From: Tubiluchus corallicola
Lineage: Eukaryota > Animalia > Priapulida
Direction of reading: 5' to 3'
DNA length: 22,131 nt
Assembly (NCBI GenBank): GCA_030141605.1
Contig: JAQGDQ010001889.1
Location: 1 to 22,131 of the forward strand
Shown here: positions 1 to 11,385 of the stretch, piece after piece
Position numbering within the stretch: position 1 is the stretch's first letter
Layout of the letters: every line of letters begins with the position of its first letter
The notes under the pieces: generated by a model
What the model saw: only the letters and a program-made list of their open reading frames with translations
What the model was told of the DNA's origin: nothing
Databases searched by the model: none
Made by a program: the position numbers and the translations under genes

Positions 1-52
1 TACATGTTAGAGCTCAATACATATGTATGCACATACATACATACATATATAT

Positions 53-470
53 CTATAAAACAGAATTTATACACAATGGTTTTGTGTCCAACTTAACGCG
101 TAAGAAATTAACAACTTTCGTGTGAGTAATAATGGCATTTTCTATTTGTAGGGATATAGCAGCTGTATTTTCAGTATTGTTTATTGTTGGGGATAATACC
201 ACAAATTCCGTTTTATCACTATTTATTTTTAGTTTGTAATAATTAAATGCCATGTTGATATTCTTTATGTCTTAAGTACTGTTTTGCAATGCTGATATTC
301 TTGTGAGCCACTTAAATAGTCGTGTAATACTTAACGTTGTAGAACGTTAGAAATATTGTTGATTTAAAGGTTAAACAGTAGAGGTCCCAACTGCGTACCC
401 TGTGGGATACCTCGTTGAAGGTTAGCCCAATCTGACAATGTTGTAGAGAGCTTTCTATTTTGTAGGTATT
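53..470 (-). mobile_element. Degenerate non-LTR retrotransposon (CR1/L2-group-like) reverse transcriptase fragment
   Basis: Manual minus-strand translation of ~420-330 gives LQRGIPQGTQLGPLLFNL*INNISNVL, matching the RT motif GxPQGSxLGPLLF. Next comes a TTI remnant with the YADD apparently deleted, then LKINSDKTEFVV...NFLRVKLD (ORF 53..253), matching the LxLNxxKT...KFLGVxLD segment. Stops and frameshifts are present. Confidence 0.8.
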
Positions 471-531
471 TCTTCGGAAGAACGTCTTATATATATATTT
501 GCATACTATATATATAGTATATACATGAACC

Positions 532-1325
532 AATGAACAAATAAACAATAAACAATCAAACAGCAAACACAATTTCACACTGCAGGAAACACTGAACAAA
601 TAAACAATAAACAATCAATTAGCAAACACAATTTCACACTGCAGGAAACAATGAACAAATAAACAATAAACAATCAAACAGCAAACACAATTTCACACTA
701 CAGGAAACAATGAACAAATAAACAATAAACAATCAAACAGCAAACACAATTTCACACTGCAGGAAACAATGAACAAATAAACAATAAACAATCAAACAGC
801 AAACACAATTTCACACTGCAGGAAACACTGAACAAATAAACAATAAACAATCAAATAGCAAACACAATTTCACACTGCAGGAAACAATGAACAAATAAAC
901 AATAAACAATCAAACAGCAAACACAATTTCACACTGCAGGAAACAATGAACAAATAAACAATAAACAATCAAACAGCAAACACAATTTCACACTCAGGAA
1001 ACAATGAACAAATAAACAATAAACAATCAAAAGCAAACACAATTTCACACTGCAGGAAACAATGAACAAATAAACAATAAACAATCAAACAGCAAACACA
1101 ATTTCACACTGCAGGAAACAATGAACAAATAAACAATAAACAATCAAACAGCAAACACAATTTCACACTGCAGGAAACAATGAACAAATAAACAATAAAC
1201 AATCAAACAGCAAACACAATTTCACACTGCAGGAAACAATGAACAAATAAACAATAAACAATCAAATAGCAAACACAATTTCACACTGCAGGAAACAATG
1301 AACAAATAAACAATAAACAATTAAC
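532..1325. repeat. 59-bp tandem minisatellite, ~13.5 copies, probably within a SULT intron
   Basis: Unit AATGAACAAATAAACAATAAACAATCAAACAGCAAACACAATTTCACACTGCAGGAAAC is repeated head to tail, nearly identical, with no spacers. Confidence 0.95.
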
Positions 1326-1818
1326 AATCTACAAACTACAAGTGACCAAACCCAACATATCAAGGACAAGCGTCTGCAACCTTGTCTGTCTCACAAAGCC
1401 AGGTATCTAAAGTGACCTACCATGAAATAACTTGACAGGTAACTGCTTGCTTGCCTAAGAGGGCAGCACTGTCCTGGGCAAGTGGTGTTTCTTAATAAAT
1501 ATGTTTATTGACAAATTAAATATCGCTACTCTAGTTTATTTAAAGAATTTGCAATAAGTTTACTTCAAGCCATATAAATGTTGCTAAAATACAAAACGGG
1601 TGGGGGTGAGTTAGAGGGTGGGTCTGTCTGAGGGGCTTCCTAAATTTCGTTAGCTTGAGGGACCCCATAAATTGCATTTATTTTTCAGAAATATCGAGTA
1701 ACTTTCTCTCGTGATAACTTATTAAAGTTCTTATCAGTTAAGCGCCCATTAAGAATTAAACACTTAGCATTAAGCCTATAAGTTTTAAATCTATTCTAGT
1801 ATTGGCCATTTTTTTCAG

Positions 1819-1948
1819 GTGGTGCACGTGTTACGTAACCCCAAGGATGTCTGTGTTTCCTACTTTTATTTCATAAAACTTTTGAAGCTGGCAGTACCAT
1901 TTGATGAAGATTTCAACGCGTTTTTCGATTATTTCATCGATGGGATGG
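1819..1948 (+). CDS. SULT: Cytosolic sulfotransferase, internal exon with the 3'-phosphate-binding motif
   Basis: Acceptor ttttttcag ends at 1818 and donor GTGAGT starts at 1949. Translation VVHVLRNPKDVCVSYFYFIKLLKLAVPFDEDFNAFFDYFIDGM contains the RNPKDxxVS PAPS-binding motif. The phase-1 end joins the next exon in frame. Confidence 0.93.
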
Positions 1949-2014
1949 GTGAGTTGTCATTATCCGTTTCTTCGTCGTCGTCGTCAACATCATCATCATC
2001 GTCATCATTACCAT

Positions 2015-2600
2015 CACACGACACTTTTGTCTTCATCATCATCGTCATCATTATCATCACACACCACTTTTGTCTTCATCATCATCGTCATCATTATCCT
2101 CACACACCACTTTTGTCTTCATCATCATCGTCATCATTATCCTCACACACCACTTTTGTCTTCATCATCATCGTCATCATTATCCTCACACACCACTTTT
2201 GTCTTCATCATCATCGTCATCATCATTATCATCACACGCCACTTTTGTCTTCATCATCATCATCATCATTATCATCAAACACCACTTTTGTCTTCATCAT
2301 CATCGTCATCATTATCCTCACACACCACTTTTGTCTTCATCATCATCATCATCATTATCCTCACACACCACTTTTGTCTTCATCATCATCATCGTCATCA
2401 TTATCATCACACACCACTTTTGTCTTCATCATCATCGTCATCATTATCATCAAACACCACTTTTGTCTTCATCATCATCGTCATCATTATCATCACACAC
2501 CACTTTTGTCTTCATCATCATCGTCATCATTATCATCACACACCACTTTTGTCTTCATCATCATCGTTTTTATTATCATCACACACCACTTTTGCCATCA
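2015..2600. repeat. ~43-bp CAT-rich minisatellite in a SULT intron (units vary by 3-6 bp), fading into (CAT/CGT)n on both sides (~1970-2690)
   Basis: Unit CACCACTTTTGTCTTCATCATCATCGTCATCATTATCCTCACA occurs ~13 times and explains the His/Ser/Ile-rich ORFs in all three + frames. Confidence 0.93.
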
Positions 2601-3158
2601 TCATCATCGTCATTGTCATCATCATCAGCATCACCGTCATCACCGTATTCATTATCATCATTTCATCGTCATCATCGTCATGTTGTCATCACATCAGTAG
2701 ATGCGAGATCATATCTAGCATTAACGCCAAAAAACGCAATAGAAATCAAAAGAACAATTGCCTATCATCTACCCCAAAAATGTTTTACAATACGCAAAAC
2801 AAACACGTCACAAACCAACAATCGTAAACGTCTGCAAAGAACTGTTTAGCAGTTATGTCACCAACAATGGTAATAAACAGTTCTGTTTGTTATGGTTATG
2901 CCGGCAAGGAATGGCACGCTGCATACAAAATTTAAGCAGTTGTGACCCTGGTTAGTAACTGGACTGCCGTTAGAAGAAACTGCATCTAGGTCCAGTATTA
3001 TTTGCTACATTTGTCTCTTCGTGCGATGATGTGTCTTTCAGTGGATCATGACTGATTACCTAGGTTTCTATCCTGCCACCACCATTCAAGATTAATGGCG
3101 TGAAGTACCAAACTTTATGCAAAACGTAAAATTAATAATCGCTATTGTTTTTTTTTAG

Positions 3159-3253
3159 TTTACGGAGGTGACTGGTTTAACTTTGCCCTCGACTGGTGGA
3201 AGCAGAAAAATAATCCACGAGTGTTTATCCTAAAATACGAAGACTTGAAAAAG
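3159..3253 (+). CDS. SULT: Cytosolic sulfotransferase, internal 95-nt exon
   Basis: Acceptor tttttttag ends at 3158 and donor GTATGA starts at 3254. Translation (V)YGGDWFNFALDWWKQKNNPRVFILKYEDLKK matches the SULT GxWxxxxxxWW...YEDLK segment. This exon is absent from the ORF track. Confidence 0.93.
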
Positions 3254-3781
3254 GTATGAAAAACTGTCTAATCTTCTTTAATTATAATTAATAAAGAATG
3301 ATCGTGATTGGCAGAATGTTCATAAACCACTGCAGTTTATTTCACATTATTTATTACACATTGCATATAATGAGTTAAATAAAGAAAGGAAACGCTGAAA
3401 AATTTTGAACCTCTGATTCACCAAAATTTTTATTATTGATTTTTTTATTAATAATTTAAAGTGATTTAAACTTTTTTTGTTAGCAAAGAGTGTGCTACAA
3501 GTGCTCTGCTTATATTTAAAAACTTCAAATAGTGTTATGTAGACTTATTTTAAACGAATTACCGTTAAAGTGATTACGCCTAATAGTCATCACGGCAGTT
3601 GAAGTTTGCAAGTTTTATACAGGGTTACTGCTAATGCAAGTTCTGTATGCAATAAGACAACGCTGTAACCTGATGTAAAACGTTTTTAAGCTATTTATAA
3701 GGAGTTGCGCTCAAGTTGCAACCAAGTAAGAAATTTTACAAAATTAACCTTAGCATGTTTGGAAATTGACTGTTAATCTAG

Positions 3782-3980
3782 CACAACCTGGAGGAGATTA
3801 GGCGCCTAGCTAAGTTTTTGGGGCAAGATTTGACGGAGGAAGAGGTGAAAAAAGTAGCAGAGAATACATCAATAAAGTCTACTAGAGCAACAATGGAGAA
3901 GAGAGTCGAATCACACTTTCCACCGGAACTGAAGGCTGCTCTCTTATCAAAGGGAACGTTTTCAAAATTTGTGCGAAAAG
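3782..3980 (+). CDS. SULT: Cytosolic sulfotransferase, penultimate exon, ending at a GC donor
   Basis: Acceptor ctag ends at 3781. Translation HNLEEIRRLAKFLGQDLTEEEVKKVAENTSIKSTRATMEKRVESHFPPELKAALLSKGTFSKFVRK(G). The junction AAG|GCAAGT at 3980/3981 keeps the RKG motif in frame; the nearby GT at 3985 does not. Confidence 0.9.
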
Positions 3981-5330
3981 GCAAGTAATCACATTTAAAA
4001 AAAAATTAAAAAGATATCTTTTACAACATTGCTAATGTTTTCCTGAGAAGCCAAATAATTATATTTGAAAAATAAAAGTTGAAAAGATATTTTGCAACAT
4101 TGCTAATGTTTTCCTGAGAAGCCACATAATTATATTTGAAAAATAAAAATTGAAAACATATTTTGCAACATTGCTAATGTTTTCCTGAGAAGACAAGTAA
4201 ATACATTTAAAAAAATAAAAATTGAAAACATATTTTGCAACATTGCTAATGTTTTCCTGAAAAGACAAGTAAATATATTTAAAAAAATAAAAATTGAAAA
4301 CAAAATTTGCAACATTGCTAATGTTTTCCTGAAAAGACAAGTAATATTTGAAAAAATAAAAATTGAAAAGACATTTTGCAACTTTCCTATTGTTTTCCTG
4401 AAAAGACAAGTAAATATATTTAAAAAAATAAAAATTGAAAAGATATTTTGCAACATTGCTAATGTTTTCCTGAAAAGACAAGTAAATATAATTAAAAAAA
4501 TAAAAATTGAAAAGATATTTTGCAACTTTCTTATTGTTTTCCTGAAAAGACAAGTAAATATATTTGAAAAAATAAAAATTGAAAATATATTTTGCAACAT
4601 TGCTAATGTTTTCCTGAAAAGACAAGTAAATATATAGAAAAAAACAAAATTGAAAAGATATTTTGCAACATTGCTATTGTTTTCCTGAAAAGACAAGTAA
4701 ATATATTTAAAAAAATAAAAATGGAAAAGATATTTTGCAACATTGCTATTGTTTTCCTGAAAAGACAAGTAAATATATTAAAAAAATAAAAATGGAAAAG
4801 ATATTTTGCAACATTGCTAATGTTTTCTTAAAAAGACAAGTAAATATATTTGAAAAAAACAAAATTGAAAAGATATTTTGCAACATTGATAATGTTTTCC
4901 CGAAAAGACAAGTAAATATATTTGAAAAAATAAAAATTGAAAAGACATTTTGCAACTTTCCTATTGTTTTCCTGAAAAGACTAGTAAATATAATTAAAAC
5001 AAATAAAAGTTGAAAAGATATTTTCCAACTTTGCTAATGTTTTCCTGAAAAGACAGGTAAATATATTTGAAAAAAATTAAAATTGAAAAGATATTTTTAC
5101 AACATTGCTGATGTTTTCCTAAAAAGACAATTAAATATATTTAAAAAAATAAAAATTGAAAAGATATTTTGCAACATTGCTAATGTTTTCCTGAAAAGAC
5201 AAGTAAATATATTTAAAAAAATAAAAATTGAAAAGATATTTTTTACAACATTGCTGATGTTTTCCTGAAAAGGCAAGTAAATATATTGTAAAATTGAAAA
5301 GATATTTTGCAACTAAATTAATGTTTTTTT
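3975..5330. repeat. 72-bp tandem minisatellite, ~19 copies, filling the last SULT intron
   Basis: Consensus GAAAAGACAAGTAAATATATTTAAAAAAATAAAAATTGAAAAGATATTTTGCAACATTGCTAATGTTTTCCT. The spurious ORFs here show a matching 24-aa periodicity. Confidence 0.95.
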
Positions 5331-5336
5331 TAATAA

Positions 5337-5453
<117 letters not shown>

Positions 5454-5800
5454 ATGGAATTTAGCTGTTATATTAGCATAATTATCACGGGTATACAGGA
5501 CTCTTAAATATTTAGGCCTATTATCTTTATCTATTATTATTGCTTATAGTGAGGTACAGTTCATTTTAAGTGCTATTTAGTTTACAGGGGAATTTACTAA
5601 GCTGTTATTGGATTTTTAGTTTCAAGTAAAAGATTTAGCAATGAATCGCTACACTGTTGTATTGGATTTTGTTATTAGAACTACAGGCAGTTGCAGCAAC
5701 AGCAACAACTGCATCAGCGGTGACGATGAAAACACTTATGATTATGACTACGAGTCAGGAACTAGCACATTTACTAGTTCTTAGACCTGTGACAGAGACA

Positions 5801-6307
5801 ACCTAGCCACTGGGGGGGGGGGGGGGCAAGCCAGCCCAACTCAATGCCAGTCCCGAGCCCGCATAAATAAGGAGGGTTAGGGTCAGGATGGGCACCCGCC
5901 TGTAAAAAGTGCACCAAAACCTTCTATGAATGAGTCGGTGAGACTTAAAGGGAAAGTCGACGAAGAAGTGGCCTCTAATCTATGGGCTGGAAGCAGCTTC
6001 TCTAAAGAAGACCGAAGTGAAGAAAATGGGTGTGGTGGAGATGAGGATGTTGAGATGGATGGTGGGAATAACAAGAAGAGATAAAATTAGAAATAATAAT
6101 ATCAGAGGAACAGTAAAAGTAGTGGAAGCCTCGCAAGATTGCGATGGTATGGACACCTGAAAAGAAGAGTCGGTGAAGATCATGTGGGAAGGGAAGACTT
6201 AAATGAAGAGATGGTCAACAACAGGAATGCGTGGAGAAGACTCATTCACAACGGCGACCCCGAATAGGGAAAAGCTGGGAAGAAGAAGAAGAAGAAGAAG
6301 AAGAAGA
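5801..6307 (+). mobile_element. Non-autonomous, internally deleted RTE-clade retroposon with TSD
   Basis: Flanked by the direct repeat AGACCTGTGACAGAGACA (5783-5800 and 6308-6325). The 5' part resembles RTE 5'UTR sequence (GTCCCGAGCCCGCATAAA...GGAGGGTT...GGGCACCCGCCTGTAAAA). The 3' part encodes fragments RLKGKV / LIYGLEAASLKKTEVKKMGVVEMRMLRWMVGITRRDKIRNNNIRG / RLRWYGHLKRR / NRNAWRRLIHNGDPE*, typical of the RTE ORF C-terminus. It ends in a (GAA)n tail. Confidence 0.9.
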
Positions 6308-6405
6308 AGACCTGTGACAGAGACACTGGAAAATATAGCAACTGCACTCTCACAACAACAATGCTAGCAACAAAGACAATAATAGCAACCACACTCTCGC
6401 GTCGA

Positions 6406-7527
6406 AAGGAATTTTCGTTTGTTTTCATTTTAAATCTCCTGCAATACTGTTCCGACGGCGCCATTACATGACGTCACCTATGCACGATGTAAATCAGGGG
6501 AAGAAAAGGCAATGTTAAATTATGTCCCAAAAACTTTCCGTGCAAATCTATATTACTTAGCATTTCACTTACCTGCTGGAAAGACTTACGTAACTAGACT
6601 AACAAATTAAAATGTTTGTGCCAATTGGTAAAATGTCGCTGACTCTCCCTCCAGGGTGCGCCACTCACTAGCCAAAAACGTATTTTAATCTTATTGACAA
6701 GGTACAGTAATATAAAATTTTACTTAATTAGCAACATGTATGCTACGAATGTTTTGATTATTTTTTCAAACTTTACAAAATGTTATCAAAACTTGTTTCA
6801 AACGACCTACCATTAAAATGGCTGCACCTAACGGTCATCGCGGGAGTTTAAATTTACACGTTTTATACAAGCCCTGCATACGAAAAGGTAGTATGTAAGT
6901 GGTATAAAATTTTGAGACAAATTTTTAAGCTTTATGTAAATGGAGGGTTTTCCTGTGCTTTAAAAATAATTTGTCTAGTTTGCTTATCAATTGTCACTGT
7001 CTGGTGATTCGAGGGTGGGTGTTGTGAACTCATACTGTTTATTTGAAGCCAAACACGCCAGGACCCAGTTAAAGGACAAGAAAAGGGCACCTGAAGTAGG
7101 TTTCAGAAAAATCTCCTTTAGAAATGATATTACTTTATAGCAAATTTATGCGCATATCGTACTCACACTGAAAGGAATTTTAGTTTGTTTTCATTTTAAA
7201 TCTCCCGCAGTACTGTTCCGACGACGCCACTACTTAACGTCACTTAAATACGTAAATCAGGGGAAGAAAAGGAAATGTTAAACTATGTCCGAAAAACTTT
7301 CCATGCAAATCTATATTACTTAACATTTCGTTTACCTGTTTGAAAGACTTATGTAACTTATGGCTGCGTCTAACGGTCATCGAGGGAGCTTAAATTTACA
7401 TGTTTTATATGTTTGTGTTACTGCTGACACAAACCCTGCATGCAAAAAGGCAATAGGTAAGTGGTATAAAATTTCGAGACGAATTTCTTAAGCTTTATGT
7501 AAGTGGAGGGCTTTCTTGTGCTTTAAA
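6406..7527. repeat. Diverged direct duplication (copy 1 ~6406-6962; copy 2 ~7171-7527, lacking ~220 bp)
   Basis: Both copies start AAAGGAATTTT-GTTTGTTTTCATTTTAAATCTCC and end GGAGGG-TTT-TGTGCTTTAAA. Copy 2 jumps from GACTTATGTAACT to TGGCTGC. Confidence 0.85.
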
Positions 7528-7628
7528 CAAAGCGAGCCACCTAGCGGCTGAGTCTGAAGTTATTTAACCAACATCACTGGCTTGCAGCCTTCTAGAATTA
7601 CCCGAAACTCTTTTCGGACTTGCAGTTA

Positions 7629-7638
7629 GCGCATGCGC
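7629..7638. promoter_or_regulatory. Perfect NRF1/EWG-type palindromic site in a locally CpG-rich, promoter-like region
   Basis: GCGCATGCGC lies ~100 bp upstream of a consensus GTAAGT donor at 7742. Confidence 0.4.
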
Positions 7639-9570
7639 ACTAGCAGTTGTTTTCCTAGCGCTTAGTCTAGGTCCTGGTTTTCCTGAACTGGGCAGCTCTA
7701 AACATCGAGGATAAAATCTGCTGGACGATAAATCGCACGCGGTAAGTTAAACTTCTTCCAAATGTTTTTTCGTGCATTTTATCTTAGCAACTTTTACCTT
7801 CCCTGCGTGACACTCTCCAGTTTTCCAACTCCCGAACCGGACACTAGTTCCTTCCCTAACTAGTTTTCCCTAATTTTCCTGTTTGCATTTTTGCCTAGTT
7901 GGTTTTATTGCTTCGACATCGCTTTAGGCGTCAGCCTTCCCGAACCCCATCCCAAAAAGGGCATGGCGATCCTTATGACGCGTGGTCATGCGGCAGCTGC
8001 TGCAGCTTCCTTTCCTCATCCCTACGCAACTCTCCATCTCTTCTGCCGCTAATTCTTCGCCATCATTTGGGTAAGCCGCAAATTATTTCGTCTCTTTTAG
8101 ACAATTTTTCTATATCAGTTTTTTTTGTGTCTGATTTTGCTATTTGAGAATCGCTGGCTAGAAGATAAAAGGTAAGAATGTAAATTATATCTAGCGTAAA
8201 AATAGTATTTAAAGTTGCAGAACTGAACGATTGAAGTTACTAAACTTTTGTTTACGTTGTTTACGTTGTTTATGTTTTCGGTCAAGCGAAGCAGCTTAAT
8301 GTTTGAGTAAACATTTGAATAAATCGCAAAAGATCTGCGTAACGATTTTATACATTTTCCGACGATGATTATGATTTTATTTAATAACGTTTCTTTTTCC
8401 GTGGAAGAAACACACGGTTTCCGTGCAAGCTGCTTATCTTTGCGTTTTCGTGGTTTTTGTGTTTTATTGCACAATTGTATTAATTCAGCGCTGATTTTAA
8501 GGGATTCTGTTACTCAATTGTGTCTCTGGCCCAGTGTATATTTGATGATATATTCACCTACAGGGTGGGAAAAAAAGTTAAGCTTATCTTACCGTAAGGT
8601 TCAATAACCATTTTGCCTCATTTTCGCGCATTGTTCAGTGGAGAATTAACCAGTTCGTACGATAACGTAGCGCTCATTTAGTTTTCTGCGTCGTCAACAG
8701 GTGGCGACACTCATTCAAAAACAACTGCTAAATCTGACGGATCAGATTACGCTGGGCTTCACCTCTATTTTGATTATAACCCACACAGTTGGAGATGTTG
8801 ATTTCGTCCTTCCCGATAATTCCAGAATGAGAGGAGGTACCCTTTTCCCGAGGAATAACTGAAGAACACCACCAGCAGTTTTACGGGAATTTAAAAAATG
8901 ATTTTAGTAACGCCAGCCTGAGGAAAAGGCAATACTTGTATTTGTTTGTGACAAGGGGTGTGTGGGAGGAATAGATGAGACTTTATTGCGTTCTTACCCT
9001 GTTGTGCTTCACCCCCCTTTGCACCCTCGGCCTTGTTGTGCCCTCAGCCCTGTTGTGCACTGTCTTTGCATACGGCGGCATATTTTTCACTTAATCAAAG
9101 CATCTGCAAAAACCATAAACGTAAATAAATAGCTTAGTAAAATTCTTAAAGATTGACTGCTGCTTGAAACGACTTAAAATGAATTTAAAACGACGCTCGT
9201 TAGTTCAGTTACATTTTTATAGATGGCGGCACGAGTTCAGTAAATGCCTGATGTCTTTGTCGCGCAGATAATTCTTTTTGCGATTTGTTTTCTAATCACC
9301 TGTTCCAATGTACCCCGTTAAAAAACAATAACGCGCCTAGATTAGCCTCTTGCTGCCTGTGGTTTTTCTTGCACCTTAATTTGTATATCTCTTGTGAATG
9401 AAAAGTAGATTTCTTTTGTAAACTTAGAGAGAAAAATAACAGACATGTAACGAAACGTACTTACACTCATTGAAATGCAAATGTGAGAGAAAGGTGCTAC
9501 GTTTAGCACATGAAACGACAGTCAGCTGCGTTACAGTGCATTGCACTGCACTGCACTGCACTACAGTGTA

Positions 9571-10002
9571 CAGGGGCGGATACAGGTTTTAGAACAATAG
9601 TGGGCCCAACAGAAAAGCAGTTAGGGGGGCTGGGCGTGCGGTGTAAGCTCCCCAGCCAGGTCCACCCGGACAACAATACATTTTACTGCATTTTACACCA
9701 GTTTTCTGCCGTCTAGAAGCCACTTCCTCAAAGAAACTCACTAGTTTAGAACAGGCGTCATCTCACCTTTGAATGAAAAATACATACCAATATATCGGCA
9801 TACACTGTACAGCATACATGATGTACATAACTTTCATCTGTTTTCTTGTGATACATGATTTTTACAGATATAAGGCACTTTTAGGATTTAGCAAATCGTT
9901 CTAATGCTTATAATTCAGAGAAAACATTAATTTGGTGTGTTGTAACGGTTACTGCGAAAGGGAGGGTTAGACCCCTTGGACCCACCCCTAAATCCGCCAG
10001 TG
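9571..10002. mobile_element. Non-autonomous DNA transposon (MITE) with imperfect TIRs and a 5-bp TSD
   Basis: 5' end CAGGGGCGGAT; 3' end ATCCGCCAGTG (reverse complement CACTGGCGGAT). GTGTA sits immediately on both sides (9566-9570 and 10003-10007). Subterminal tracts are G/C-rich. Confidence 0.7.
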
Positions 10003-10081
10003 GTGTAGCATACTGCACCACTCACACACTTTGCGTCACATACTACACCAAAACACCACACCCCATCACGCAACACTATCA

Positions 10082-10245
10082 TTACACTGTACGTACATTA
10101 AATTCACAATTGTGCAGTACAACACACACCGCAACTTACACTGTACGTACATTAAATTCACAATTGTGCAGTACAACACACACCACAACTTACACTGTAC
10201 GTACATTAAATTCACAATTGTGCAGTACAACACACACCACAACTT
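10082..10245. repeat. 54-bp tandem repeat, 3 copies
   Basis: TTACACTGTACGTACATTAAATTCACAATTGTGCAGTACAACACACACCRCAAC x3. Confidence 0.95.
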
Positions 10246-10739
10246 GAAATGTGCAAGAACAAAGATCTATATAGACAACATTCTCCCAATCTAATTGATT
10301 ATAATGATTTTTCAATTGGTCACTTAGAAAAACCAAACCCTTTGTAACAATCTCTTCGTTAATTTGTTAATTAATAAGACCTGTTTAATTACTTAATTTT
10401 AAGTTAAGCTCACGAAAAACAGGAGCACATGGCGTTGGCGCCAAAAATTTCTGTAAAGCACCGACCCGAAGTTTCGGGTTAACTTTCTATTTTCTGTTAG
10501 GTAAAACTTAAAATTGAAAAAATAGCTACAACACATTTTCTGTCGCTATGTATGTAAATTACGTTTGTGACTATGGTAAAATCTGTAAAATTAGCATTGC
10601 TTGATTAGACTAACATTTGTAAGTTTAAAAATAATGCAGTAGACCTAATTTTGCAGACTTTGCAAGACAATGTAGTTTGGTAGGGTGAATAGTTGGGATG
10701 TCCTTCCTTCAAAACAAAAAATGTAGCAATATTTCGTTG

Positions 10740-10993
<254 letters not shown>

Positions 10994-11385
10994 ACTCTTT
11001 CTTTTACAAAATATGAACACAAATATAATTAACAAATCACACACTTACATAAACAACGCATACAGGAACACGTCCCTAAAAATACAGGGCCCTTTTTAAG
11101 CGTAGGTAATTAAAAAATACCATAATTTATAACAAACACATCTACATATATATCACAGTGCTGAACGAATACATTAATTGTTAGCAAAATTAATTCGCGT
11201 CTCTTAGTTTAGAATCACGTATTGTTGAAATTTTATGCACATAATTAATCAACAGTTTCTTAACTTCCTCATCTCCACTTTTGTTTAAAAACATAAATTT
11301 ATCAATATCACGCAGGGATGAGAATTCTGGAAAGATATTTGGAGTAATTAGCCAGTTAGAGCATCTGTAGCATTCCACATATAAC
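10994..11385 (-). mobile_element. 5'-truncated LINE 3' end (ORF2 C-terminus plus 3'UTR)
   Basis: ORF 11190..11378 (ECYRCSNW...FPEFSSLRDIDKFMFLNKSGDEEVKKLLINYVHKISTIR) resembles the post-CCHC C-terminus of non-LTR ORF2. It is followed by ~200 nt of UTR and a (TTA)n tail. Confidence 0.6.

Noticed and set aside
532-1325. CRISPR-like regular array
   Set aside because: Units are contiguous with no unique spacers, no cas genes are present, and the context is eukaryotic.
1901-2849. Three overlapping 259-308 aa His/Ser/Ile-rich ORFs (possible metal-binding protein)
   Set aside because: They come from a stop-free 43-bp repeat that is open in all + frames. SULT homology ends at the GTGAGT donor (1949) and resumes at 3159.
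3751-3753. Alternative acceptor CCTTAG upstream of the SULT exon at 3782
   Set aside because: It is 28 nt upstream and would shift the frame, destroying the EIxxLAxFLG and RKG motifs.
4059-5312. Multiple ORFs with 24-aa periodicity
   Set aside because: These are translations of the 72-bp intronic minisatellite.
5812-5826. G15 run as a G-quadruplex element
   Set aside because: A single homopolymer inside the RTE 5' end; its length is error-prone and there is no further support.
7899-8607. ORFs of 80-119 aa in the promoter-like region
   Set aside because: They show no recognisable motifs, overlap on opposite strands, and several rely on non-ATG starts.
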